A DNA stretch of 63,850 nucleotides, the filler included, from Octopus bimaculoides (Eukaryota): assembly GCF_001194135.2 (NCBI RefSeq). It is 7 parts of 6 records of this genome, joined end to end, with 100 filler letters (N's around TTAATTAATTAA, not from the genome) between each part and the next. Parts side by side here need not be neighbours in the genome. Positions count along the whole stretch, not along the records: positions 4,360 to 16,652 come from NC_068981.1; positions 16,753 to 21,376 come from NC_068982.1; positions 21,477 to 28,489 come from NC_068983.1; 4 more parts are not named here. One strand, 5' to 3'. The notes under the pieces are model-generated. The model had not been told where the DNA came from, did no database searches, and saw only the letters and a program-made list of their open reading frames with translations. Numbering within the stretch: the stretch's first letter is position 1; every line of letters starts with the position of its first letter. Shown piece by piece: positions 13,038 through 24,919 of the stretch. A program made the translations under genes and the position numbers.

Positions 13038-15596
13038 TTTGTTTCTCATAAAAATATTATTATTTTGTAAGGTGATATCTGATTAAAATATCTCAAATTC
13101 TATTGGTTTGCCTTTTTTTTTATGTTACATATTTTCCTCCATGTTTTGACCAGATATTTACTAAGACAAATAAATNNNNNNNNNNNNNNNNNNNNNNNNN
13201 NNNNNNNNNNNNNNNNNNNNNNNNNNNNNNNNNNNNNNNNNNNNNNNNNNNNNNNNNNNNNNNNNNNNNNNNNNNNNNNNNNNNNNNNNNNNNNNNNNNN
13301 NNNNNNNNNNNNNNNNNNNNNNNNNNNNNNNNNNNNNNNNNNNNNNNNNNNNNNNNNNNNNNNNNNNNNNNNNNNNNNNNNNNNNNNNNNNNNNNNNNNN
13401 NNNNNNNNNNNNNNNNNNNNNNNNNNNNNNNNNNNNNNNNNNNNNNNNNNNNNNNNNNNNNNNNNNNNNNNNNNNNNNNNNNNNNNNNNNNNNNNNNNNN
13501 NNNNNNNNNNNNNNNNNNNNNNNNNNNNNNNNNNNNNNNNNNNNNNNNNNNNNNNNNNNNNNNNNNNNNNNNNNNNNNNNNNNNNNNNNNNNNNNNNNNN
13601 NNNNNNNNNNNNNNNNNNNNNNNNNNNNNNNNNNNNNNNNNNNNNNNNNNNNNNNNNNNNNNNNNNNNNNNNNNNNNNNNNNNNNNNNNNNNNNNNNNNN
13701 NNNNNNNNNNNNNNNNNNNNNNNNNNNNNNNNNNNNNNNNNNNNNNNNNNNNNNNNNNNNNNNNNNNNNNNNNNNNNNNNNNNNNNNNNNNNNNNNNNNN
13801 NNNNNNNNNNNNNNNNNNNNNNNNNNNNNNNNNNNNNNNNNNNNNNNNNNNTTGAAAACGTGGTTTTTTGCATATTCGGAATCTCTGTCATCGAAAACAT
13901 AGAAATCCGGTGAAAAAAAAAAAATCGGAAAGGTCAGTTTTGGGGTGGGGGTGACTGCCCTCCTGTTCCACCAAATTTTGTTCATGTCTTGCGGCTCTCA
14001 AACATCTGAACTTTATCTAATGTAGCTCGTACATTAAGCCAGTTTGGCCACCTCTGGCATACACAGATGTAGGTTAGCCTCAGCAACAGGGAGAATATCT
14101 AGTCCTTGTCAATCTACAAGCGGAAACATGAATTGACCCATTCCTCTACGCATCAATCACTCTTCTCATCACTCCTCATAAAATTTACTAGAAGTCCGAA
14201 CAGCCCTGTTTGTGTGTCTATCTATCTTTCTGTCTATTAAGCTATATAATCCAAATACGTTTAAACAGAAGTGGTTTTTAAGTTGTGTAAACCAGGTGAG
14301 AAGATACTGCTGTGACAGTGAACGAGAAATCGTTGGTAGAAACAATTCTTTTCTATCAAATAAATGTCAGCCAAAATTAATGTGTAAAAACAACCAAAAG
14401 AAACCGCAAAGGAATAAAATTGGTTCGGGAGAATATTTAGAAATGGAATCAAACACCAAACGCACTAACCAAAGTAATGGTTGTGTTTAAATACAAGTAT
14501 TATTTCGAAAGCATTTTCGTGTCATTAATTTTCGTTTAGAGTTCTTTCTCTTGTTCAAATTTGCAATAACCATGTATACGTGCTTAACATCATGCAACAG
14601 ATTTCAAGAATGGTTCGACATTGAATTCTTTCATTGAAAACAAATCGTGGGTTTAGAGATGTAAAAGAAAATTAAAACTCACGTCAACATTACTGAAAAG
14701 TTTCTTAGGTGAAAGGGCTGTACTCTCCATAGCTGAAGATAAATTTGACTGTCTAATATCTAGTTGACCAGAATGTAGCAAATATTGATTGACTTTCCGT
14801 CTAACTACTGATATCACCTGCAAATAAAGACACGTTAAGAATTTGTAAATAACTTCATAAAGAAATAAGATGATGATTTCCAGAGAAAAGAACACATTCG
14901 TTAGATATGTAATTTAAGTACGATTTAGTGGTCCTAATATATTAACATAATAACAATCAGAACATAATTAATGGTTTAATCTGGACCAAGGGTCTACTCC
15001 AGTGACCTTTACATTCTAATAGAATTATTGTTTTAAACACGAGTCACATGATTTTATTTGAAAAAAAAAAAAAATCGATAAAGGATAATTTTATATTACT
15101 TGCCTCTTCATTGACAAAACAGAGCAGGATAGCCACAAATAAACCCTATTAAAAACAAAACAAAAAGGTATATTTGTTTTTCGTTTTACTGGTATTAAAC
15201 AGCAAAGATATTTATTTTAACCATTCACGCTTGTAAAGACAGGTGTGTTATGCTTAACACGTATGATCGATAATAATGAGTTGAGAGGTGATAACATCAA
15301 ATATTTTTATATACATAACGTGCACTGTGTTGTATGCATGTGATGTGTGAATCAAGAAGCAATGAGATTACCAAAAGATGAGAGCTGAAATATTTCATAC
15401 AAGTGTAGAGCAAAGCCTCTGGTTACATCAATAATAATCTCATAGAAAATTAGGGGATAAAAATGTTTATATGTGGCTCTAAAGACACATAGCAATAAGG
15501 AACATTTATACAGAGTACTGAATAGAGTGTTTTTTATAAGTTAAAGAGTTCTAGAATAGGCGCAGGTGTAGCTGTATTGATAAAAAGTTTGCTTCC

Positions 15597-16652
15597 TGCG
15601 AAGTATGAGCTGTCCTCAGCGGAGGAGGAGCTCGTTAAGGCGGTAAATAGAATAGACGAGCATTTGGAAAGAGTGAAGAGTTTTGCTGAGGCTGCAGGGG
15701 TGAAGAAAAGGGAGGTGGACCTAGCCGGACTGAAGGAGCTGTGTAAGATGACACAGAAGGTGGGCGGTGACGTAAAGTTATTACCCCCGAAAAGGGTCAT
15801 GGAAAATATGGAAAAGAAGACCATTACCTACAAGGCGTACTCAGTGGACAGTAGGAAGATGGAGCGGATGGAGATGGAAGTAGAAAAATCACTGAAGGGG
15901 CTTTCGAAGGAAGTGGTATACATAGCGAAAGGAAATGGATATGGGACGGTGGTTGTCCAGTTTAGGACAGCGGAGGAGGCAAAGCGGCCGGCGAGTGCAG
16001 CGGTGAGAACGGAGGAAGTAGTACTTCTACCCACGTACCTTGGAAGAAAGACTTCTAAGGTTAGGGTAGAAGGAATCCCACTCGATATAGAAGTGGCTTG
16101 GGTTGCGGCAGCCGTCCTCGCTGGTAGTGAGGAGGAGCTGACTGTCCTTCAAGCCACAGAGACGGAGGAAGGAGGATATAAAGGAAAAACATTGGAAATC
16201 ATCATACAAGCGGAGGCGAAGCAGCTGGAAAATTTGCGGAGACGGTGACGTTGGGAGAAATAATATTGAGAGTATGGGTAGAGGGCAGAGTTCCGCGATG
16301 CTTTAAATGTGGCCAAAAAGGCCACAGTAGAGCTTACTGCCCTCTACAGAGGAAAACGACAGAAGCGGTGCTGGAGACGGAGGAGAAAAAGGAAGAAGTA
16401 CAGATAGATGAAAGGAACAAGGAGGATGAATGGACAGTGACAGAGAATAAAAGGAAAAAGAGAAAGAAGAGGCAGAAAGTCGGTGGGATGTGGGACCCCA
16501 GACCAACTCCATCCCACCTAAGACCATTCAGACCCACCCTCCCCATACAGACACCAAACCCACCCACTTCCTGTCCCCAGAGCAAAAAAGAAAGAACAGA
16601 CACCACAAAATTTACAAGACTCCTCCCCGGTGAAAAAGATTACGTGTACATG
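15597..16652 (+). mobile_element. Tx1/L1-like LINE ORF1 relic (RRM-like region + CCHC zinc knuckle)
   Basis: ORFs 15577-16248 and 16245 onward, offset by a frameshift. VVVQFRT and VRVEGIP segments, CFKCGQKGHSRAYC at 16299-16340, basic low-complexity tail. Ends at a scaffold join. Confidence 0.7.
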
Positions 16653-16932
16653 NNNNNNNNNNNNNNNNNNNNNNNNNNNNNNNNNNNNNNNNNNNNTTAA
16701 TTAATTAANNNNNNNNNNNNNNNNNNNNNNNNNNNNNNNNNNNNNNNNNNNNGTTTTTAAAGAATGAGAGAAAAGAAATATCGCCAATATATTTATTTAT
16801 TTATAAAGAAGAGAGCGAGTTGCGTGTCTTTAAACTCCTTGCAATTGAATTGATAGAAACGTGGAACCGGTCGGAGGTTTTATTCTCTGTCTTTGCTGTC
16901 TTTAACAAAGCCGTTTCTCGTTACTTACAACC

Positions 16933-17668
16933 ATGAGAACCTACAATGAAGAACTCAAATATCTGGAGAAGGTGACTCCTCGCAGTTGGAGAATCAAGAA
17001 AGGTTTTGTTGCCAATATGAATGTGGAGGGATTATTTTATGTAAATGATCACTTGGAGAAACTGATGTTTGATGAATTAAAACAGTCTTGTAACAACCGT
17101 GGATTTGGAGGCTTTTTACCTGCTGTGAAACAGATTGGCAATGTTGCTGCACTTCCTGGTATTGTACAGAAATCCATTGGATTACCAGATGTCCATTCAG
17201 ACTATGGATTTGCTATAGGTAATATGGCTGCATTTGATATGAGTAAGTCAAAAGCTGTGGTATCCCCTGGTGGTGTCAGCTTTGATATAAACTGTGGTGT
17301 ACGTTTGTTGCGAACCAATTTGGATGAAAAAGATGTCAATCCAATTAAGGAACAGCTGTGCCAGTGCATGTTTAACCATATTCCAGTTGGTGTTGGTTCA
17401 AAGGGAATAATCCCTATGAATGCTCAAGCTCTGCAAGAAGCTTTAGAAATGGGTATGGATTGGCCATTTAGAGAGGGCTATTCCTGGGCTGAAGACAAAG
17501 AGCATTGTGAAGAATATGGGCGTATGTTACAGGCAGATCCCTCTAAAGTTAGTAACCGAACCCCCCCCCCCCAAAAGGCGATTTCCTCAGTTAGGAACCC
17601 TTGGTGCAGGCAATCACTATGCTGAAGTCCAGGTTGTTGATAAAATTTATGATGACTATGTTGCCCGA
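16933..17668 (+). pseudogene. RTCB: Processed, 3'-truncated RTCB (tRNA-splicing ligase) retrocopy
   Basis: Intronless, with high similarity to metazoan RTCB residues 1-~243 (WRIKKGFV, LPDVHSxYGFAIG, [19 protein letters not shown]). C12 run and frameshift at 17561-17572. Homology stops at about 17668. Confidence 0.93.
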
Positions 17669-18015
17669 GCAGAGGTAGTGGGGGAGCATCATAGCCATAT
17701 GTTGAGAGGAATTCTTTAGAGTTAGGATAATTCACCTTTGGAAACGTTGGTGTTTCGTTCAACACATTCAAACAACCCTTATTAAGAGACGTTTTGAGCG
17801 GGAAGAGCTACTCGACCTGATGAAAATTCTAACTGGGTCCCACCTGCAAGGCCATGCGCTGTTTATCTTGCTATGAGATCACTGTGTCGCGCACATATGG
17901 TTGTGATGCATGGGCCTGGTGTACCCTTATCAGACGGGTAGTCATGATAGGTGTATTGAGCTTCGTATATTTTTACCCCAGTGTCACTTTGATGGCATGC
18001 ACTGCTCTATCATTC

Positions 18016-18065
<50 letters not shown>
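17669..18065 (+). mobile_element. Retroelement/SINE family E with (AAT)n tail
   Basis: 17793-18015 aligns with 1030-1240. AAT tail spans about 18016-18065. Confidence 0.7.
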
Positions 18066-18066
<1 letters not shown>

Positions 18067-19497
18067 CAGATGAATTGTTGATATCAGATAGCATTGACAG
18101 TCAAAGGTTTTGGAATGACAGCTGGAGCAAAGACAAGGAGCACAAGAAGGATGCTGAATGGTTGCAAGAACTGAAACAAACAGTAGTCTGTCCAAAACAG
18201 GCAGAACTAGTAATTTCAGTTAGGGAAGTGAAGGAAATCAGCAAAAAAAAAAAAAATGAGTAACTGGTAGGCCCCGGGACCAGATGGAGTCCAAGGCTAC
18301 TGGATCAAAAGATTTGGTGAATGTCATGCACGAATAGCTGCACAACTCAGCACCTTGTTAAATGCCAACCAAGTAAGACCAGAGTGGTTGACATTGGGTA
18401 GGACAATGCTGTGCTTGAAAAACATCGAAAAAGGCAATACGGTAGACAATTACAGGCCGATATCCTGCTTGCCACTTATGTGGAAATTACTGACTGGAAT
18501 AGTCGCAGAGTCAATGTACGGACATCTGGAAAAAAATGGAGTTCTGCCACATGAGCACAAGGGTGGCAGGCGTAAGTGCAGAAGTACCAAAGATCAACTC
18601 CTGGTAAACAAAACTGTACTTAGAAATTTCAAGAAAGCTAACTTAGCCATGTCACGGATCGATTATCAAAAGGCGTACGATATGATCCCACATTGTTGGA
18701 TTATGGAATGTATGAATCTATTTGGTATTGCATCGAATGTTGAGCGATTGCTTGGAAAAAGTATAGCGAATTGGAGGACGGACCTGACAGCATTCGGAAG
18801 ACGTTTACGGACAGTAGAATTTAGGTGGGGGGGGGGCATCTTCCTAGGGAACTGCCTGTCCCCACTGATCTTTGTACTGTGCTTGATACTACTAAAACTG
18901 ATTCTGAGGAAAGCAAAAGCTGGGTATGTATTCAAAAGCCGCCAACAAAAAGTCAACCACTTGTTATTCATGGATGACGTCAAACGTTATGGTAAAGAAG
19001 AATCCCAAGTCAATTCTCTCGTTAATGCGGTGTATACTTTCAGTGTTGATATCAGAATGGAGTTCGGACTGAAAAAGTGTGGTGTGTTAGTCTTGAAGAG
19101 AGGCAAAATCAAATGTAAGGACGAGCTATCGATACCGTCGGGGGAAGTTATGAAGCAAATAGAAGAGACGGGCTATAAGTACTTGGGGATATTGGAAATG
19201 GATAAATTGATGGATAAAGAAATGACAGAAAACTTTAAGGTAGATTACTTGTGCAGACTGAGACTGACCCTTAAGTGGAAATTAAACGGACGGAATAAGA
19301 TTGAAGTTATCAACACCTGGGCGGTTTCACTCTCCTTAGATATGGAGCAGGGGTAATCGCATGGATAGTAGACGAACTAAACAGCTTAGACAAGGAAGTT
19401 GCTCACTAGATATGGGATACTCCACCCAAAAACTGTATTTACCAGCAAAAAAGAGGGGGAAAAGGACTGATTGGATGCGAACACAGCATTAGAGCAG
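18066..19497 (+). mobile_element. R4/Dong-like (RLE-type) LINE fragment with RT domain
   Basis: [52 protein letters not shown] and YKYLG motifs. Begins directly after (AAT)n and is truncated before the RLE domain. Confidence 0.9.
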
Positions 19498-19499
19498 AA

Positions 19500-19780
19500 A
19501 TAGGAGTATTCGACCCACGGCGCGCTGTGTTCTTGAGCAACGCACTCTACTCGACCTTGCTGCAGTCTACTCAGCTGGCAAAAATGAGTTGTAGCTGCAA
19601 TTGAAAGGGACCAGCCTTGTCACATTTTGTGTGAGGCTGAATATCCCTGAGAACTAGGTTAATGGTATGCATGTCTGTGGAGTACTCAATCACTTGCGCG
19701 TTAATTTTACGAGAAAACTGTTCCGTTGATCAAATAAACAGGAACCACATCGTCGTAAACGACAGAGTGCCATTTTTTAA
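19500..19780 (+). mobile_element. SINE family D body and tail (partial second copy at about 20095-20245)
   Basis: Matches the reverse complement of 31190-31400 (gtctgtggagtactc...cacttgc.cgttaattt...ctgttccgttgatc). Confidence 0.7.
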
Positions 19781-21216
19781 AAAGAGTGAAAGAAGAGGAA
19801 ATGTTCCTTATCGAAAGCAAAAATGTCATGTGTTTAGTATAAACAGTGAAGGCTTAGACGAAATAATTGCCATTCCGTCGTGTATTCGCCCTCGACTCAC
19901 GCTCAGTTTGATAACAACAACCTGCGCATTGATGTTTATCTGGGGGCTTGGCCTCGAGATCTGTGAGGCCCATAAATACCGCTGTTAGGACCGGATTAAC
20001 ACTCGTAGCGATCCTAACGACTAAAAAGATTTTCCTGCCTCTATACGGGATCTTTTTTCGTTTTCTTCCAGCTACTTGAAGGTTTATCTTGCACCTTTCC
20101 ACTCAGCTGGCCAAAATGAGTTGTAGCTGTAATTGAAAGGGGCTAGCCTTGTCACAGTCTATGTGAGGCCGAATCTCTCTGAAAACTACGTTCATAGTAT
20201 GCATGTCTGTGGAGTACCCAGCTACTTGCACGTTAATTTTATCCTCGTGAGGTAATGAAAAGTGAAAGTGACATCCAATATTTGCAGTAGTTATCTATAT
20301 ATCCATGTCTCTACTTTTCTTCCGATCTGTGTATCTACTTTCCTTTCGATGCTCTTAATTTAACTATGCGTGTATGTATCTATGTATGTATCTACTTTTC
20401 TTTCGATGTATGCATAAGTCTACTCTGAAAATACTGATAAACATTTAAAAACTAAAATAGAATGCCACCTTTCTTTCAGTCACCACTCACTGTCTCCCTC
20501 ACTCTCTCTCTTTCTGTCTCACTTCCTCTCTGTCCCTCCTCTCTCCTGCTTTGCCACTCTCTTCAACTATACATCCTCTGCTTAACACTTTTTATTTCTC
20601 TTTTTCTTTGTATCTTTCCCTTCAACCATTTTGCCTCTTTCTTTGATGTAAGTGTGACACACACCACAGGTACGTACGTACTACCATTTAGGCACTGGGG
20701 TCGATGTAATCGACTATCCTTTTCCCTTCAAAATTGTAGGCCTTGCACCTATAGTAGAAGAGATTATTAGGGCGGTACGTGACGGAATTAACAGAGTGCA
20801 GGTTAAATGGTTTCTATAGTTAGTTTCGTTTCCTTTAGCGCTCTGAGAACATTTCCTGTTGAGTTAGGATTTCCTTTCAATCTTGTGACATCAGTAGAAT
20901 GAAGTAAGCATTATGTATTGATCGTTTATCTAATCGATGCCAGCCTTACCCTCAAAATGGTTATCCTATCGCATTTGCTTGAAAACTTTATGAGGAACTG
21001 TGAGCTGACAGAATCGTTAGAAAAAGTACCAGTTGTGCAATAGAGTCGATGAAATCGACTTAACTCCTCGAAATTGCTGGCCTTCTGTCAACGTCTGAAA
21101 CCAATAATTATGTAACAAGGTTCAGTGACATTTCTCCCGTTTTACTTATATAAAATACTTGACTTGTTTTGGATGTAGTAGAGTATTTCTTTAAAGATGT
21201 GTTTGTTCATTTACAG

Positions 21217-21361
21217 TTTCAGATGGCCTTGTGAAGCGAAGTTTGGATTCGTTTGGTGAAATGATTGAGGCTGAGACTGGAAGAAATCCCTTTGATTTCA
21301 ACGGATATGGAAAGTGGTGTGGCTTTGGCGGTTCCGGTGATCCTGTAGATAGCATTGATAA
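21217..21361 (+). CDS. Internal exon of a secreted phospholipase A2 (group I/II-like): propeptide end, N-terminal helix and Ca2+-binding loop
   Basis: Reads SDGLVKR/SLDSFGEMIEAETGRNPFDFNGYGKWCGFGGSGDPVDSIDK, matching SLxxFGxMI..TG...YGCYCGxGGxGxPxDxxD. ttacag acceptor (phase 1; alternative in-frame AG at 21221-22) and gtatgt donor (phase 2) just before the expected CCxxHD. Confidence 0.85.
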
Positions 21362-21476
21362 GTATGTTGTTTATATNNNNNNNNNNNNNNNNNNNNNNNN
21401 NNNNNNNNNNNNNNNNNNNNTTAATTAATTAANNNNNNNNNNNNNNNNNNNNNNNNNNNNNNNNNNNNNNNNNNNN

Positions 21477-23582
21477 CCAAGGACAGAGATAAAGGAGAGG
21501 GATGGGTGGGAAAGGTAGTTAGTAGTATCATATTTTAGGATGCTGCCAAGCCTATTTATAGACGGTGGAAAGGGATTGAAAGAGGTGACGTAGTCTGTTT
21601 GTGTAGGTGGTGTTCTTGTGAAATTGAGAATATGAGAAATAGATTTGGTGGTACATGTGTGGTGAGATGATCGAAAGGAAATAATCCTATTCAAAAAGAT
21701 AGTGAAAGATGGATGTTTTTGCCAGGTTGAATAGGTTGCCTGTGGGGGGTTGTGTTATTATGTTGCGTGATCATTTGTGCAATTTTGCTTGTGATAGAAC
21801 CTGAATGTGTGGAAAGAGCGGTGGTTGCAGTTACTAAACGCTTCATTATATCTATTAAGTAGAGTGGGAGAATTGTATTTTAAAATATGGAACGCCTCCG
21901 TTAGGCAAAGCTTGCAATTGGAGCCCTGGCCCTGGTATGGAGTTCCAGAGTTTAAGATGGACCATTTTAAGGTGTATTGGGTATTTTTGTTTTTGAGGTG
22001 ATGAATATGATTGGCTAATGTTGTAGATTTACTGTGTTTGTCGTATCTAAAAGAGTGCATGTGGGCTGCGTAGCGATGTTTAAAGTTTATAGTTGCACCA
22101 ATGTACGTGGCAGTAGAGTTATGTAATTGATTTATGACGGTGCATTTATATATTACATTGTATCTTACGCAATGTGTTTGAAGCGGACAGATAGTCCCGG
22201 AGCGACAGTTACAAGTGTAGGAGGCTAGAGGGTTGCGTATGCTTGTGGTTGAGTTATTATTATTGGAGGATATGTTATTAGGGGATGTGCAGGAATCTAG
22301 ATTAGTGAAATTATTGTTATGGCTATTTGTCCTATCAGTGTTATTATTGGTATTGCTATTATTGGTGGAATATGTATAATCCAACTAAATCCGTGGTCTG
22401 TGCAGAATCGGAAGAATCCATGGTTACATCAAATGGTTTGTTAGAGCTATTAGAATGTTGATTAGCTCGGCACCAGTGCTTGTTCTCGAAAGCTATAAGA
22501 GTTTTGCGAGCGTTGATTATAATGTTAATTTCTAAAGGTGTAATGTTAGTAAGATTCCTGGCGAAAAGAATGGCTCTATTTAAAAGCTGAGGAGATATAG
22601 ATGAGTAATAATTGTTGATATCGAATTGGAGGAACGAGAAGGAGTTTTTGTTTTCCAGGGTGTGGGACCATGTGATGACCTCTCCGGTGTGGTACCAAAG
22701 ATTTGCGTGTAGAATGTGCACAGGCCACGGATTTAGTTTGATTATACATACTCCACCAATTAAAATCACACTTCCCTAACATCCACGGTGGTCTATATAG
22801 GGATGACGCTTTACTTATTACCAAGACTACTAACAAATCTTCCATTATTTCCTTTCGATCATCTCACCACATATGTACCACCAAATCTATTTCTCATATT
22901 CTCAATTTCACAAGAACACCACCTACACAAACAGACTACGTCACCTCTTTCAATCCCTTTCCACCGTCTATAAATAGGCTTGGCAGCATCCTAAAATATG
23001 ATACTACTAACTACCTTTCCTACCTATCCCTCTCCTTTATCTCTGTCCTTGGTTTATCAATCATACCCCCACCACCTATATACTACACACACGTATTCCT
23101 TCTTACTCACTAGACCTTTTAACCTCACCCCCTATTCCTCCTTCACTCTATATGCTCATCCCCTCTACCCTGGTAAGACCAACTGACCATAAATATATCG
23201 CTACCATCCTCTGCCTCTATATCTCCTCTATCCCCTTTCACATTCTATCTTCTTGACTTGACCTATTTACTGCTAACTTTTCACTTGACTTGGACATTCT
23301 TCAAGTAAACAAGCAAAAATCTATAGCATTATGGAACATATATACCTCCGCTATCTATGCTATATTAACTCTCGTTCCAACATAAATTTCCGGATTATTC
23401 GCACAAGGATTATTTTGCACGAATTTCTACACGGATATTTACCACTGGAATGAAACTACACTTCAAGTACTGTTCTCTCTTTTTTCAACACATCACACTC
23501 TTTACCACTTCATATTAAAAATATCCGCCTATGGATATAATAATAGATTACTTTATTTTTTCTGTCTCCGATGAAGGGAAGT
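21477..23582. mobile_element. Rearranged Penelope-like element (Naiad-type RT + GIY-YIG)
   Basis: Minus strand: RT (FLQFDINNYYSSI...FDVTMDSSDSAQTTDLVGLY) at 22359-22715 and GIY-YIG (CNCR..CPL..C..VIY..YIG..FKHR..CKLCLTE..LN) at 21758-22200. Plus strand: GGLYRDD at 22787-22807, then 3' UTR ending in ccgatgaaggg before a gap. Confidence 0.88.
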
Positions 23583-23954
23583 NNNNNNNNNNATATATAT
23601 ATATATATATATACGTATATATTCATCATTTATATAAGTTGTTTAAATATATATATATAAACACACACTGCACACAGTCGCATGCAATATTAAGTACCAG
23701 TAACTGAGGATGTACTTGTGTTCGTGTCTGCAGCTAGAACACGACTCTTGTTGGGGTGGTAGAAGTAGTAGTAGTAGTAGTAGTTGTAGTAGTAGTAGTA
23801 GTCGTAGTAGTAGTTGTCAGGTGTTGGGGGCATTAGGGCCGGATTAAATCCCATAGCCCTTATACGTGTAGTTCAAAGAATGAACAATAATAAACCATAA
23901 AATAAATTCTCATTTTCCAAAATAAAACTTAATCCTCCGGAAATAGTGCGCAAG

Positions 23955-24302
23955 AATATTCTTTTATTCTTTTATTTGTTTTAGTCATTTGACTGCGGCC
24001 ATGATGGAGCACCGCCTTTAGTCGAACAAATCGATCCCAGGGCTTTATCGGGTTCGTTTGCTGAACCCTCTGAGTTACGGGGACGTAAACACTATCATCG
24101 GTTGTGAAGCGATGGTTGGGGAACAAACACAGACACACACACATTTATATACGACACCCTCTTTTCAGTTTCCGTCTACCAAATCCGCTCACAAGGTTTT
24201 AGTCGGCTCGAGGATATAGTAGAAGACAGTTGCCCAAGTTGCCATGCAGTTGGACTGAACCCGGAACCATTTGGTTGATAAGCAAGCTACTTATCACACA
24301 AC
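23955..24302 (-). mobile_element. SINE family B
   Basis: Full body with a short internal CA/TA tract. Head side is cut by the gap. Confidence 0.8.
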
Positions 24303-24471
24303 CAGTATATANNNNNNNNNNNNNNNNNNNNNNNNNNNNNNNNNNNNNNNNNNNNNNNNNNNNNNNNNNNNNNNNNNNNNNNNNNNNNNNNNNNNNNNNN
24401 NNNNNNNNNNNNNNNNNNNNNNNNNNNNNNNNNNNNNNNNNNNNNNNNNNNNNNNNNNNNNNNNNNNNNNN

Positions 24472-24504
<33 letters not shown>

Positions 24505-24509
<5 letters not shown>

Positions 24510-24665
24510 GACGGGCTTCTTTCAGTTTCGTCTCCCAAACTCACAAGGCTTTTGTCGGCTCGAGGCTATAGTAGAAGATACTTGCCCAAGGTATCACGCA
24601 GCGCGACTGAACCCAGAACAATGTGGTTGGAGAGCTTCTTACCACAAAGCCACGCCTGCGTCTAT
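24505..24665 (-). mobile_element. SINE family B 5' half
   Basis: Reverse complement agacgcaggcgtggctttgtggtaag head and gggttcagtc B-box. Confidence 0.8.
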
Positions 24666-24919
24666 GTCTAAGTAATAAGCTTTATTTCTCTGTATATTAC
24701 CAATTTCTACATCCCCTTAAAAATGATGAACAGCTTTAATCAATGTTCGACTCACGATGGGGCCTCGTTAGTGATGTCTACATTACTTGACCAATCCCAG
24801 AGAAACAAATAGCCAATGTGTTTATATACACATCAAATTATGTAGCTAAAGAGAACTCGGGCTACTAATTTGCATACAATATCAGCCGCCAGTCAACGGG
24901 AAACTCAGTTCACACAGGA

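Larger units (their letters stand above)
10843..14056 (+). mobile_element. hAT DNA transposon (Charlie/Buster-like), complete boundaries, decayed
   Basis: 17-bp TIRs CAGGGATGGCCAAACTG (10843-10859) and CAGTTTGGCCACCTCTG (14040-14056), 15/17 match. 8-bp TSD gcatatac/gcatacac with central TA. Confidence 0.88.

Noticed and set aside
16933-17625. Functional or horizontally acquired bacterial rtcB
   Set aside because: The sequence is metazoan-type, frameshifted, truncated before the catalytic His, and substituted at conserved glycines.
22739-22741. In-frame TGA in the Naiad-like RT as possible selenocysteine
   Set aside because: The duplicate copy has GGA (Gly) here, and the conserved Cys codons in GIY-YIG are ordinary, so it is a nonsense mutation.
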